A stretch of DNA of 60,334 nucleotides from an uncultured Clostridia bacterium (lineage in GTDB: Bacteria > Bacillota > Clostridia > Christensenellales > Borkfalkiaceae), in NCBI GenBank assembly GCA_944328845.1, contig CALVHV010000001.1, positions 1 through 60,334 on the forward strand, written 5' to 3'. The position numbers were made by a program, and so were the translations under genes. Each line of letters starts with the position of its first letter. The first letter of the stretch is position 1. Below, one piece after another: positions 8,956 to 17,321 of this stretch. The notes under the pieces are model-generated. The model did no database searches. It was not told the DNA's origin and was given only the letters and a program-made list of their open reading frames with translations.

Positions 8956-10299
8956 TTAGATAGTAAATGTTTCTGCCAATGCAAAAGCCGCTGCCATTCC
9001 TTTTTCCGCAGCCGTGCGGCGCAGCTGCCGTACAGCTTCCTGCTCTCGTTCGCCGAGAAGAGTCTCCGCACGCTTTGTCCCCGAACGAAGAAGATCGACG
9101 GCAGGGATCCCAAAAGCCGTATACTCGCGCGCAAGGTACAGGACACTGTTGGACGCGCTTATAAATTCTTCAGCGCCCGCCTCGTCCGTCGTTGCGAGCA
9201 CTGTAAGACTGCCGCCCCCGTCCAGCTTCCTTGCCGAAGCAAAGAACTTTCTGCAATCGAGTTTTGCGCTCTCCGCGTCCGCAGCCGTCTTTTCCGCCGC
9301 GCGGACATAGGCAGGCATGGAATCGAGCAGAAGCAGGGCGTTTCCTCCCTCTTCGGCGATGCGCTTGCCACATTCGAGCGCCAGTCTTGCCAATTGTGCC
9401 TGTTCCTCGTACGAACTGTCGAACGGAGCGGAAAGGACGAGTGCGCCCGGCAGGTTTGCCCTGCTCTCCGCACTCTCTTCCGGGCGCTGTCCGAGCAACA
9501 GGAGGATGACCTTCGCCTCGCCCGCAGTGCATTTTGCGATCTCCTGCAAGAGCGTCGTCTTGCCCGTGCCGGACGGCGCGACAACAAGGGCGCGCTGCCC
9601 CTTGCCGAGCGGACACACAAGCCCTGCCGCCCGCACGCACGCATTTTTCGAAGAGGACAAAGTGAACTTCTCCGTAGGATAAGAGGCGGTAAACTCCTCA
9701 AAGACGGGTCGGGCGTAGCCGCAAGGCTTGTTGTTGACAAATTCTGCCTGCGCAAAAACGGGAGGTTTTCCCGCCGCTTCGACGACATAGCCCACTACAA
9801 AATCCCCTTCCCGCAGGGAATATTTTGCGACGACTTCCTCGGAAACGACAGGGATCTTTACAGACGAAACCTCCCTTTCGGGATACACCCTCCAGCCCCC
9901 ATCTAAAGTTTTCTGTAAATAGCCGCGGTACGCCTTGTCCCCGTATCCGTATACGGGCGCGGAGCGTATCACATCGTTGAACTCTATCCAATCAGCCTCG
10001 GGAATGTAGCTTTCGTAAGGCAAATGCGCGCGACATTCCTGTGTGAGCTTTCTGACCTCCGCAATGCTCTCCGCAGGCGCTGCTCCCGCTTTTACGCGGG
10101 CGCCGCGACGGCTGACCGTTTCCGGCTCGCCGATCCCTGCCGCGGCGATGATGATGCGCAGGATCAGCTGATGTTTTTTCTCGGAGGAAGGCGCTTTCAC
10201 GCCGAACTCGCGGGCAATCGACCTCAGCTCGTAAATTGTCTTATCGTTCAGATAATCGTAAACGGAACCGAATGCTTCCAAAATCTCTTTCTCTTCCAT
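8956..10299 (-). CDS. divergent Rho transcription-termination-factor homologue (probable pseudo-ATPase)
   Basis: Rho_N-like helix bundle, LREGD, PLGKGQR, Walker A APSGTGKT, RPEE, LLDS, GGSLT, RSGT; several catalytic and RNA-binding residues are lost. Confidence 0.88.
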   Translation of the reverse strand: MEEKEILEAFGSVYDYLNDKTIYELRSIAREFGVKAPSSEKKHQLILRIIIAAAGIGEPETVSRRGARVKAGAAPAESIAEVRKLTQECRAHLPYESYIPEADWIEFNDVIRSAPVYGYGDKAYRGYLQKTLDGGWRVYPEREVSSVKIPVVSEEVVAKYSLREGDFVVGYVVEAAGKPPVFAQAEFVNNKPCGYARPVFEEFTASYPTEKFTLSSSKNACVRAAGLVCPLGKGQRALVVAPSGTGKTTLLQEIAKCTAGEAKVILLLLGQRPEESAESRANLPGALVLSAPFDSSYEEQAQLARLALECGKRIAEEGGNALLLLDSMPAYVRAAEKTAADAESAKLDCRKFFASARKLDGGGSLTVLATTDEAGAEEFISASNSVLYLAREYTAFGIPAVDLLRSGTKRAETLLGEREQEAVRQLRRTAAEKGMAAAFALAETFTI

Positions 10300-10922
10300 T
10301 AAAATTTCCTCGCGGGGATCAGGATCTTCCCCTGTCGTTCCAGAGGGATCTCAGACCCGACCCGTTCGGACAAACTTCCTGCCAATGCGATCAGTTTATC
10401 TTCGGTATCGATGTCTAACGTACAATCTTTACATCGGAAATGCATGGCAACCGCCTCCTTGGGCGAGACTCTGCGGATCGTCTCCATCGCACCCGCCGCG
10501 TCGATCGTGTATGTCCCGCCGACAGGAAGAAGCAGAACGTCCGGCTTTCCCAGTTTGGCAGCAAGTTCCTGCGAAGGGACCTCGCCCACGTCGCCCATAT
10601 GACAAATGCGTTTCCCTTCGATCTGAAAGACGAAGATGACGTTTTTTCCGCGCTTTGCGCCCCGTACGTCGTCGTGGAAACTGTCAAATCCCTCGACAGC
10701 GATGTCGTCATAGACAAATCTCCCCGAGGAAGAGAGAACCCTTTTTACCCCGCGAACGGCGTCCGTATAGCCATGGTCAAAATGAAAATGACTGCAGGTG
10801 ACGTAATCGGCGCAAACGGGCGGCATCTCGTACCCGACGCCCGTGTACGGATCTGTCACGAGGCGCGTACCGCGCTCCGTTGTGATCAGAAAACAAGAAT
10901 GTCCGAGATATTCTATTTTCAC
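10299..10922 (-). CDS. MBL-fold metallo-hydrolase (Lactamase_B_3 type)
   Basis: LGHSCF, TDPY, SHFHFDH, HMGD, PVGG, MH; GTG start 10922 overlaps the upstream stop. Confidence 0.88.
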   Translation of the reverse strand: MKIEYLGHSCFLITTERGTRLVTDPYTGVGYEMPPVCADYVTCSHFHFDHGYTDAVRGVKRVLSSSGRFVYDDIAVEGFDSFHDDVRGAKRGKNVIFVFQIEGKRICHMGDVGEVPSQELAAKLGKPDVLLLPVGGTYTIDAAGAMETIRRVSPKEAVAMHFRCKDCTLDIDTEDKLIALAGSLSERVGSEIPLERQGKILIPARKF

Positions 10923-11332
10923 GCTCTCTTCTCCTCCTCTGTTATAATAGGCTTGACCGCAAACCTGAACGAATGGCGCTGCACAAACCCTGAAAAATTC
11001 AGGGTATATCGGCAATCGACACCCTCTCCCCCGTTTTTTGTGAAAAACTGCAGCTCCTGCACGGAGAGTATGACGGGCAGATCCCCGAAAGAAGTAACGA
11101 CTTCCGTTTCTCTCTCTTCCCTGCGGGAAAGATCCAGTTTATAGGACATTTCCCCCGAACGGGAGACGGTGAGTTCCTTCTTCTCGGCATTAAAAAAGAC
11201 GCAAAACTCTGCTCCGTCATTCCGAAAAAGATAGCCGCGCTCTGTTTTACGGGCGTGCGCAAAAGACCGCTGCGTCTCCCCCTCGCACTCCGTCCTCAAA
11301 AAGACGGAAACCTGCCCAGATCCCTCTTCCAT
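10919..11332 (-). CDS. DUF1934 (YwiB-like) beta-barrel protein
   Basis: beta-rich; SRSGEMSYKL...TSFGDL pattern; first gene after the promoter. Confidence 0.6.
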   Translation of the reverse strand: MEEGSGQVSVFLRTECEGETQRSFAHARKTERGYLFRNDGAEFCVFFNAEKKELTVSRSGEMSYKLDLSRREERETEVVTSFGDLPVILSVQELQFFTKNGGEGVDCRYTLNFSGFVQRHSFRFAVKPIITEEEKRA

Positions 11333-11376
11333 CCTGCCTCTCTTCCGCGCATTTTGGCGCAAAAAATACTGTCTTA

Positions 11377-11405
11377 ATTATACTATATTTTGAAAATAAA
11401 GTAAA
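11377..11405 (-). promoter_or_regulatory. sigma-A promoter TTTACT-N17-TATAAT for the DUF1934...aro...ymfI operon
   Basis: Consensus -10, 17-bp spacer, AT-rich upstream tract. Confidence 0.7.
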
Positions 11406-11448
11406 GTTTTTTGTAAAAAATAAACCCTTCCAAATGAAATCTGTAAAG

Positions 11449-11477
11449 AAAAAAGCTCTGGGAAAATCCCAAAGCTC
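11449..11477 (-). terminator. intrinsic terminator after bioY
   Basis: AGCTTTGGGA/TCCCAGAGCT stem followed by a T-run on the minus strand. Confidence 0.7.
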
Positions 11478-11520
11478 GTCTCTTGCCGACCACAGGACGG
11501 CGACACCCCGAAAAACAGTC

Positions 11521-12159
11521 TCATCTGCCCGATGTATCCACGTTTTGCGCAGTCTCACACCCGTTTTTTTCTCCTTCTGAAACGGTATTCTGAGCAGGTT
11601 TCTTTCTTTTATAGACAGGAAAGAGCGCGGGCGACACCCGCACCGCCAGAAACGCTGCCAGCAGACAGAGCATGGCGTCCTTCGGGATGAATATAAAATT
11701 GTACACAAGGTTCTCCCAAAGACCGGCGTTGTGAAGATAGAAACTCCAGATGCAGGCAAAATACGGAATACCGATCAGGTAATTGACAAAGAGCCCGGCC
11801 ATGGCAGCCGTAGCTGCGCGGCGGAAGGTCAGTTCTTTTTTTCCGACAACGAACCCCGCAGCAAAGGCGGCGGCGACAAATCCGAGCAGATAGCCGAAGG
11901 TAAGGTTGACGACATATACGATCCCGCCCCCGCCCGCAAATACGGGCAGCCCGAGCAGTCCGAGAAAAAGGTAGACGGCAACGGAAGCGGCGCCGTACCA
12001 GGGCCCGAGCAGAAGTCCCGCAAGCACAGACATCATCGTCTGAAAAGTGATGGGCACAAACGGAACGGGGATGCGGATAAACGCCGCTACAATCATGAGC
12101 ACCACAAACACGGCGCACTGTGCAAGTTTTACAGTAGTTCTCTTTACGTTCTCTTTCAT
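11521..12159 (-). CDS. bioY: biotin ECF S-component BioY
   Basis: VPITFQT, YLFLGLLGLPVFAGG, TFGYLLGF, PKD; downstream of birA. Confidence 0.95.
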   Translation of the reverse strand: MKENVKRTTVKLAQCAVFVVLMIVAAFIRIPVPFVPITFQTMMSVLAGLLLGPWYGAASVAVYLFLGLLGLPVFAGGGGIVYVVNLTFGYLLGFVAAAFAAGFVVGKKELTFRRAATAAMAGLFVNYLIGIPYFACIWSFYLHNAGLWENLVYNFIFIPKDAMLCLLAAFLAVRVSPALFPVYKRKKPAQNTVSEGEKNGCETAQNVDTSGR

Positions 12160-12169
12160 TGTTTTTCTC

Positions 12170-12200
12170 CCGATCTTTGTCACGCAGAATACTTCGCAAA
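12170..12200. repeat. degenerate third copy of the 21-bp intergenic element
   Basis: 21/27 identity to 44378..44404 and 19/23 to 1809..1831; same orientation and same position in a spacer. Confidence 0.5.
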
Positions 12201-12208
12201 CGCACGCT

Positions 12209-13174
12209 TCAGCCGTTCAGCCGTACACGTACTTCTCCGGAAGAGAGGCTCCTTTTTGTCCCGTCCCGAAAGCGGACCTGCAAAAAACATTGCTCGTCTA
12301 TCCCTTCCACGACCGCCTCACCCTCGATGCGGCCCGAATCGACGATCACTTCTTTTCCGATCAGAAACGATCTTCTCACATACTCCGCGTAAAAAGCACG
12401 GCGAGGGATACCTTCGTAATAATATTTCAGCCTTTCGAGCAGCACCGCTGCGATCCGCGCCCGCGCGTCGTCCGGACATTCGCCCACGAACACGGAAGCG
12501 GCGATACCTTCCAGTTCCTTGGGAAAGGCACCAGTCTTTACGTTGATACCGATCCCCGCGATCACGTATTCCATGCCGCCGTTTTCGACGCTGAACGAGG
12601 CTTCCGTGAGGATACCGCACACCTTTTTCCCGCCAATAAAGACATCGTTGACCCATTTGATCTGCGCATCCTTCCCGCCAGTCTCTTCGATCGCCTCGCA
12701 GACGGCGACCGCCGCACTCGTCGTAACGAACAGCGATTCCGCAGACGAAAATTTAGGACGGAACAACACACTGATATACAATCCCGTACCGGCAGGCGAA
12801 TAAAAGGAATGGGCATTTCTCCCTCTCCCCTTTTTTTGCTCTTCGGCAATGACCACCGTCCACTCCGCTGCGCCTTGCATGGCAAGTTTTTTCAGTTCGT
12901 CGTTGGTGGAATCCACGCACTTGCAAACATGCACGTCGCAATCGAACGAAAGGCGGCTGCGCACGCCGTCCGCCGTGAGAATGTCGCTCTTCGGGTGCAG
13001 ACAGTACCCTCGGTTGGTCGTTGCGGCTATGTCATAGCCCTCTTCGCGAAGAGTCTTGATCGCTTTCCATACAGCGTTGCGGCTGACCCCGAATTGCTCG
13101 GCAAGCTCCTCACCCGAAAAGACTTTCCCCCTTTCTTCATCCAATTTTTTTAAAACTTCCTGTTTGATGCTCAT
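12209..13174 (-). CDS. birA: bifunctional biotin ligase/repressor (group II BirA)
   Basis: N-terminal HTH (SGEELA..SRNAVWKAI), DSTN, GRGR, IKWVND, KKVCGILTE. Confidence 0.97.
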   Translation of the reverse strand: MSIKQEVLKKLDEERGKVFSGEELAEQFGVSRNAVWKAIKTLREEGYDIAATTNRGYCLHPKSDILTADGVRSRLSFDCDVHVCKCVDSTNDELKKLAMQGAAEWTVVIAEEQKKGRGRNAHSFYSPAGTGLYISVLFRPKFSSAESLFVTTSAAVAVCEAIEETGGKDAQIKWVNDVFIGGKKVCGILTEASFSVENGGMEYVIAGIGINVKTGAFPKELEGIAASVFVGECPDDARARIAAVLLERLKYYYEGIPRRAFYAEYVRRSFLIGKEVIVDSGRIEGEAVVEGIDEQCFLQVRFRDGTKRSLSSGEVRVRLNG

Positions 13175-13180
13175 GCCTCT

Positions 13181-13209
13181 ATTTTAACACAATAAAAAAA
13201 GATTGTCAA
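13181..13209 (-). promoter_or_regulatory. birA promoter TTGACA-N17-TAAAAT (extended -10)
   Basis: -35 lies inside the operator arm; TG precedes the -10. Confidence 0.8.
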
Positions 13210-13236
13210 CCGAATTAAAAATATCGGTTGACAATC
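13201..13236. promoter_or_regulatory. BirA operator (bioO)
   Basis: GATTGTCAACCGA-N10-TCGGTTGACAATC perfect inverted repeat, matching the TTGTcAACC-N14-GGTTgACAA consensus. Confidence 0.92.
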
Positions 13237-13243
13237 GTATTGT

Positions 13244-15280
13244 TTAAGAAAATTTAATTTCTGTATGGCAATCGGGCGACCCGTCCGTCAGCAAAAGCGT
13301 GATCTCGCCATCATACACGATCTGTTTTCCGTCTTCATCAAAGAGAAGTCGGACGCGGTCGGACAAGGGAACGGAAAAAGTCTTTTCTTTTCCGCTGCCG
13401 ACAAACACGCGGCGGAACCCCACCAGCCGTTTGTTGCGTTCCGCAAGCGGATGGTCGATCTTGCGGTAAACCTGTAAGACCGTCTCCCCGTCTGTATCCC
13501 CCTCATTTTTCAGCGCGACAAAAAGCTTTCCTTCCTTACACTTGGCGGAGCGGATGCTGAACTTTGTATAGCTGAGGCCGTATCCGAAGGGGTACAGGAC
13601 CTCTCCTGCATAGTTCGTATACGTGCGGTTTTGCATCGAATAATCGCAGAAGTCGGGCAGATCGTCCGTCGACTTATAGAAGGTGACGGGAAGTTTTCCG
13701 CTCGGATTTACCTTTCCGCACAGGATGCGCGCGATCGCATCGCCGCCCCGCTCTCCAGGATACCAGACTTGCAAAAGAGCGTCGGCAGCTTCTTCCGCAC
13801 CGCTGACGATGTCGCTGCCCGAAGCCTGCAGCACGACGGTAGGCTTTCCCGCACCGAGCACTGCCTTGACGAGCCGTCTCTGGCTTTCCGGCAGGAAAAG
13901 ATCGATTTTGTCCCCCGCGGCGCCGAAATTCTGCTCCGTACCCTCTTCCCCTTCCAGCGTGGCGTTGAGCCCCACGCAGAGAAGAACGACATCCGCCTGC
14001 TTTGCAGCGATCACCGCCTCGGAAAGCTTGTCATCCCTGGCCGCGACGTCCTCATCCGCGTCCTTGTAGAGATGGCAGCCCTTCGCATAGAGGATGCGCG
14101 CATCGGGGAACGCCTTGCGGACGCCTTCGAGAATAGTGACGCACTGCGAGCCAGTCCCGCAGTAATTTCCATACAAGATCGATTCGTCCGCGGCGACGGG
14201 ACCGACAACGGCGATCGCCTTGCATTTTTTTCTGCGCAGGGGGAGGATCCCGTTATTTTTTAAGAGAACAATGGACCTCTCAGCCGTCTTCTGCGCCAGG
14301 CGCAGGTGCTTGCGGCTCTCCACTTCGCTATACGGAATATCGTCGTACTCCGTCTTTTGCCCCATGCCAAGAGCGTAGCGGATAGTCATCAGGCGGATAC
14401 AACTGCGGCGGATGTCCTCCTCCTCGATCAGCCCCTCCTGCAGGGCGACGAGCAGGTGCAGATATACGTTTCCGCAGTTCAGATCGCATCCGTTTTTGAT
14501 GGCGAGTGCCGCGCTCTGCGGCGCCGTGGATGTCACTTTGTGATGCATATGGAAGTCAGCGAGCGCCCAACAATCGGAAGTAAAATATCCTTCAAAGCCC
14601 CATTCTTTCAGCTTTTCCTGTAATTTCGTGTGTGCACAGCAGGGCTCTCCGTTGAGCCTGTTGTAAGCGCCCATCACGCCCCCGACTCTCTCCCTAACCA
14701 AACGCTCGAAGGCGGGGAGATACGTCTCCGCCATATCCTTCCCGCTCGCACAGGCGTCAAATTCGTGGCGCAGGCTTTCCGGCCCGCTATGTACGGCAAA
14801 GTGCTTTGCGCAGGCGACCGAACGGAAATGTTTGCCCTTTCCCTGCAAGCCGCGTACGTACGCCGCACCCAACTCGCCCGTAAGATAAGGATCTTCGCCG
14901 TATGTTTCCTGGCCCCTGCCCCAGCGCGGGTCGCGGAAGATGTTGACGTTCGGAGACCAGTAAGTCAGCCCCTTATAGATGCCGCGATCTCCTTCGCGGA
15001 TAAACATGTTGTACTTCGCTCTGCCCTCGGTAGAGACCGCTTCCCCGATCTTTTCCACGAGGGAGGGATCGAACGTTGCACCGAACGCGATCGCCTGCGG
15101 AAACACCGTTGCCGTGCCCGCCCTGGCCACGCCGTGCAGCGCTTCGTTCCACCAATTAAAAGACGGAACCCCGAGCCGCTCTATCTCTGCCGCCTGAAAG
15201 GACAGCTGCCCCGCAGCTTCCTCGACGGTCATCTGAGCAACAAGTTGTTCCGCCATTTTTCTGTATTTTTTCAGATCCAT
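13244..15280 (-). CDS. GH3 beta-xylosidase/beta-glucosidase
   Basis: WWNEALHGV, RDPRWGRGQETYGEDP, KHF, SDC nucleophile, SIVLLKN, YPFGYGLSYT; no signal peptide. Confidence 0.93.
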   Translation of the reverse strand: MDLKKYRKMAEQLVAQMTVEEAAGQLSFQAAEIERLGVPSFNWWNEALHGVARAGTATVFPQAIAFGATFDPSLVEKIGEAVSTEGRAKYNMFIREGDRGIYKGLTYWSPNVNIFRDPRWGRGQETYGEDPYLTGELGAAYVRGLQGKGKHFRSVACAKHFAVHSGPESLRHEFDACASGKDMAETYLPAFERLVRERVGGVMGAYNRLNGEPCCAHTKLQEKLKEWGFEGYFTSDCWALADFHMHHKVTSTAPQSAALAIKNGCDLNCGNVYLHLLVALQEGLIEEEDIRRSCIRLMTIRYALGMGQKTEYDDIPYSEVESRKHLRLAQKTAERSIVLLKNNGILPLRRKKCKAIAVVGPVAADESILYGNYCGTGSQCVTILEGVRKAFPDARILYAKGCHLYKDADEDVAARDDKLSEAVIAAKQADVVLLCVGLNATLEGEEGTEQNFGAAGDKIDLFLPESQRRLVKAVLGAGKPTVVLQASGSDIVSGAEEAADALLQVWYPGERGGDAIARILCGKVNPSGKLPVTFYKSTDDLPDFCDYSMQNRTYTNYAGEVLYPFGYGLSYTKFSIRSAKCKEGKLFVALKNEGDTDGETVLQVYRKIDHPLAERNKRLVGFRRVFVGSGKEKTFSVPLSDRVRLLFDEDGKQIVYDGEITLLLTDGSPDCHTEIKFS

Positions 15281-15303
15281 TCCCCTGCTCCCTTTTTTAT
15301 TTT

Positions 15304-15332
15304 ATTATAACATAGAGGTACATTACAGGCAA
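15304..15332 (-). promoter_or_regulatory. sigma-A promoter TTGCCT-N17-TATAAT
   Basis: Extended -10 upstream of the GH3 gene. Confidence 0.7.
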
Positions 15333-15364
15333 GGGGTTTTTCGGAATATCGTTTTCTGTATCCT

Positions 15365-16993
15365 TTATTTTTTTTCGTCCTCGCTGTCCTGCGGACGCTG
15401 CGCCGTGGATACGTGCGGCTTGACGAGATAATCCTCCACCGCCGTTTCCACCGCATCGTTCAGCTGCGCGAACGGCTTGAACAGCTGCTGCAAACGCTCC
15501 TGCGCTGGTTTTTTCGTGAACAGAGATACGACGGGCACAATGATGAATCCCGCAAGCATTGTCCACGTTCCCACATAAATGGAAGAACTGAAAACGTACT
15601 TGTATAAAAAGCTGTCCGTCACCGCCTGAGGCAAAGAAGCCGCGGAGAGAGAAAGGACGAGCGCGACGATACTCGTCGCAACGCCGAATACAAAGCAGAC
15701 CCAGCAGCTTGCCTTAGTCGTCTTTTTCCAGTACAGGCTGAACAGATACGGCGCGAGGAAAGCACCTGCAAGTGCGCCCCAGCTGACGCCCATCATCTGC
15801 GCGATGAAAGAGAGTTTGAGTTCGTCATACACGATGGCAATGACGGCGCTGATAACGATAAACAAAGCGACGAAAAAGCGGATCAGGATCATCTGCGAAC
15901 GGGGCGTAAGGCCGTTCTTTCTGGCAGACTTGATCAGATCGAGCGTGATCGTTGAACTGGAGCTCATCACGAGTGAGGAGAGCGTGCTCATGGAAGCGGA
16001 AACGACCAGGACGAGCACCAGCGCGATAAGAATAGCGGGAAGGCTCTTTTCGAGCATCGTGGGAATGATGGTATCAAAGCCCGCGGACACGTCTTCGACA
16101 AACAGCCTGCCGAACCCGCCCAGGAAATAGCATCCGCCCGCCACAATAAACGCAAACACCGTGCTGACGATCATGCCCGTCCTGACAGACGCCTCGCTCT
16201 TGATGGAATAGAATTTCTGGACCATCTGCGGCAATCCCCACGTTCCGAGGCTGGTAAGCAGGAAGACCATGATCAAACCGTACAGGTCGGGCCCGAAAAA
16301 GGAAGTATATGCCCCCTGCTGGTCGCCTGCGGGGATCTGCGAAAGGTCGGTGATCGCCTGCGTGAGACCGCCCGCGTTCAACAGAACGGCGGCGATGATG
16401 ATGACGATCCCGAAGAGCATGATGATGCCCTGAATAAAATCGTTCCAGACGGTCGCCATATAACCGCCCACAAGCACATACACCGCCGTAACGGCTGCCA
16501 TGATCAGGATGCAGACCCAGTACGGGACGGAAAACGCCATCGCAAACAAACTCCCCAATCCTTTATACAGAGATGCCGTATAAGGAATGAGAAAGATAAA
16601 AATAATGACAGAAGCCGCGATCTTGAGTTTATCGTCCGAAAATCGCTTGCCGAAATAATCGGGCATAGTAGCGGAATCCAGCTGTTGCGTCATCACTCTC
16701 GTCCGCCTGCCGAGCACTGCCCACGCAAGCAGCGAACCGATGAGCGCGTTGCCGATGCCGATCCAAGTGGCCGCGATCCCGAAGTTCCAGCCGAACTGCC
16801 CGGCATATCCGATAAAGATAACAGCTGAAAAATAACTCGTCCCATATGCAAAGGCGGTCAGCCAAGGCCCCACCGAACGTCCGCCCAATACAAACCCGTG
16901 CACGGAGCGGGAGGAGCGGCTGTTCCTCACCCCTATAAAAATCATCACCGCAAAATATATAAGCAAAATGCTTATGTATAAAACGATTTCCAT
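15365..16993 (-). CDS. sodium:solute symporter (SSS, PutP/PanF-like)
   Basis: FVLGGRSVGPW, about 13 TM segments, GGYMATVWNDFIQG, WGLPQ, ASMSTLSS. Confidence 0.92.
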   Translation of the reverse strand: MEIVLYISILLIYFAVMIFIGVRNSRSSRSVHGFVLGGRSVGPWLTAFAYGTSYFSAVIFIGYAGQFGWNFGIAATWIGIGNALIGSLLAWAVLGRRTRVMTQQLDSATMPDYFGKRFSDDKLKIAASVIIFIFLIPYTASLYKGLGSLFAMAFSVPYWVCILIMAAVTAVYVLVGGYMATVWNDFIQGIIMLFGIVIIIAAVLLNAGGLTQAITDLSQIPAGDQQGAYTSFFGPDLYGLIMVFLLTSLGTWGLPQMVQKFYSIKSEASVRTGMIVSTVFAFIVAGGCYFLGGFGRLFVEDVSAGFDTIIPTMLEKSLPAILIALVLVLVVSASMSTLSSLVMSSSSTITLDLIKSARKNGLTPRSQMILIRFFVALFIVISAVIAIVYDELKLSFIAQMMGVSWGALAGAFLAPYLFSLYWKKTTKASCWVCFVFGVATSIVALVLSLSAASLPQAVTDSFLYKYVFSSSIYVGTWTMLAGFIIVPVVSLFTKKPAQERLQQLFKPFAQLNDAVETAVEDYLVKPHVSTAQRPQDSEDEKK

Positions 16994-17026
16994 ACTCTCT
17001 CCTTTTTTGCGCTTTTTGCGCCCGAA

Positions 17027-17064
17027 ACAGAATAATTATACATTGTTGAGTATAATTATACATC
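17027..17064. promoter_or_regulatory. tandem ARG boxes (ArgR/AhrC operator)
   Basis: ACAGAATAATTATACATT and TGAGTATAATTATACATC, 18 bp each with a 2-bp gap, overlapping the -10 and predicted start site. Confidence 0.72.
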
Positions 17065-17083
17065 CGTATGCAAAATTTGTCAA
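17055..17083 (-). promoter_or_regulatory. consensus sigma-A promoter TTGACA-N17-TATAAT
   Basis: Perfect consensus upstream of the SSS gene. Confidence 0.88.
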
Positions 17084-17122
17084 TTCTTATACAGACATTT
17101 TTACAAAATATTTATAGAGAAT

Positions 17123-17203
17123 TTACAAAAGAAAAACAGGTCGGCGCTTTTCTTTCCGCAAAGCTCTTTCCGATTCCTTTTCTGATTCAGAAAATCCCTT
17201 CAT
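17123..17203 (-). CDS. candidate 26-aa small protein MKGFSESEKESERALRKEKRRPVFLL
   Basis: AAGGAAG SD; AGGA-N17-GAAT sigH-like promoter at 17229..17253. Confidence 0.3.
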   Translation of the reverse strand: MKGFSESEKESERALRKEKRRPVFLL

Positions 17204-17270
17204 CGTCTTCCTTGTGCGTAATATGATAATTCAGAAACTCCTCTCAAAATCCTGCCTAAATGCCTTTTGC

Positions 17271-17300
17271 AAAAAAAGACCCCGCGTTTTTGCGGGGTCC
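17271..17300 (-). terminator. intrinsic terminator after the MATE gene
   Basis: GACCCCGC/GCGGGGTC stem plus T7. Confidence 0.8.
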
Positions 17301-17321
17301 GGAACATACTTTAATAATGAT

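Noticed and set aside
7197-10922. Patatin + MBL + ATPase as an anti-phage system (CBASS/Pycsar-like)
   Set aside because: There is no cyclase or sensor gene, the patatin is RssA-type, base composition is host-like, and the genes are embedded with glk and aro housekeeping genes.
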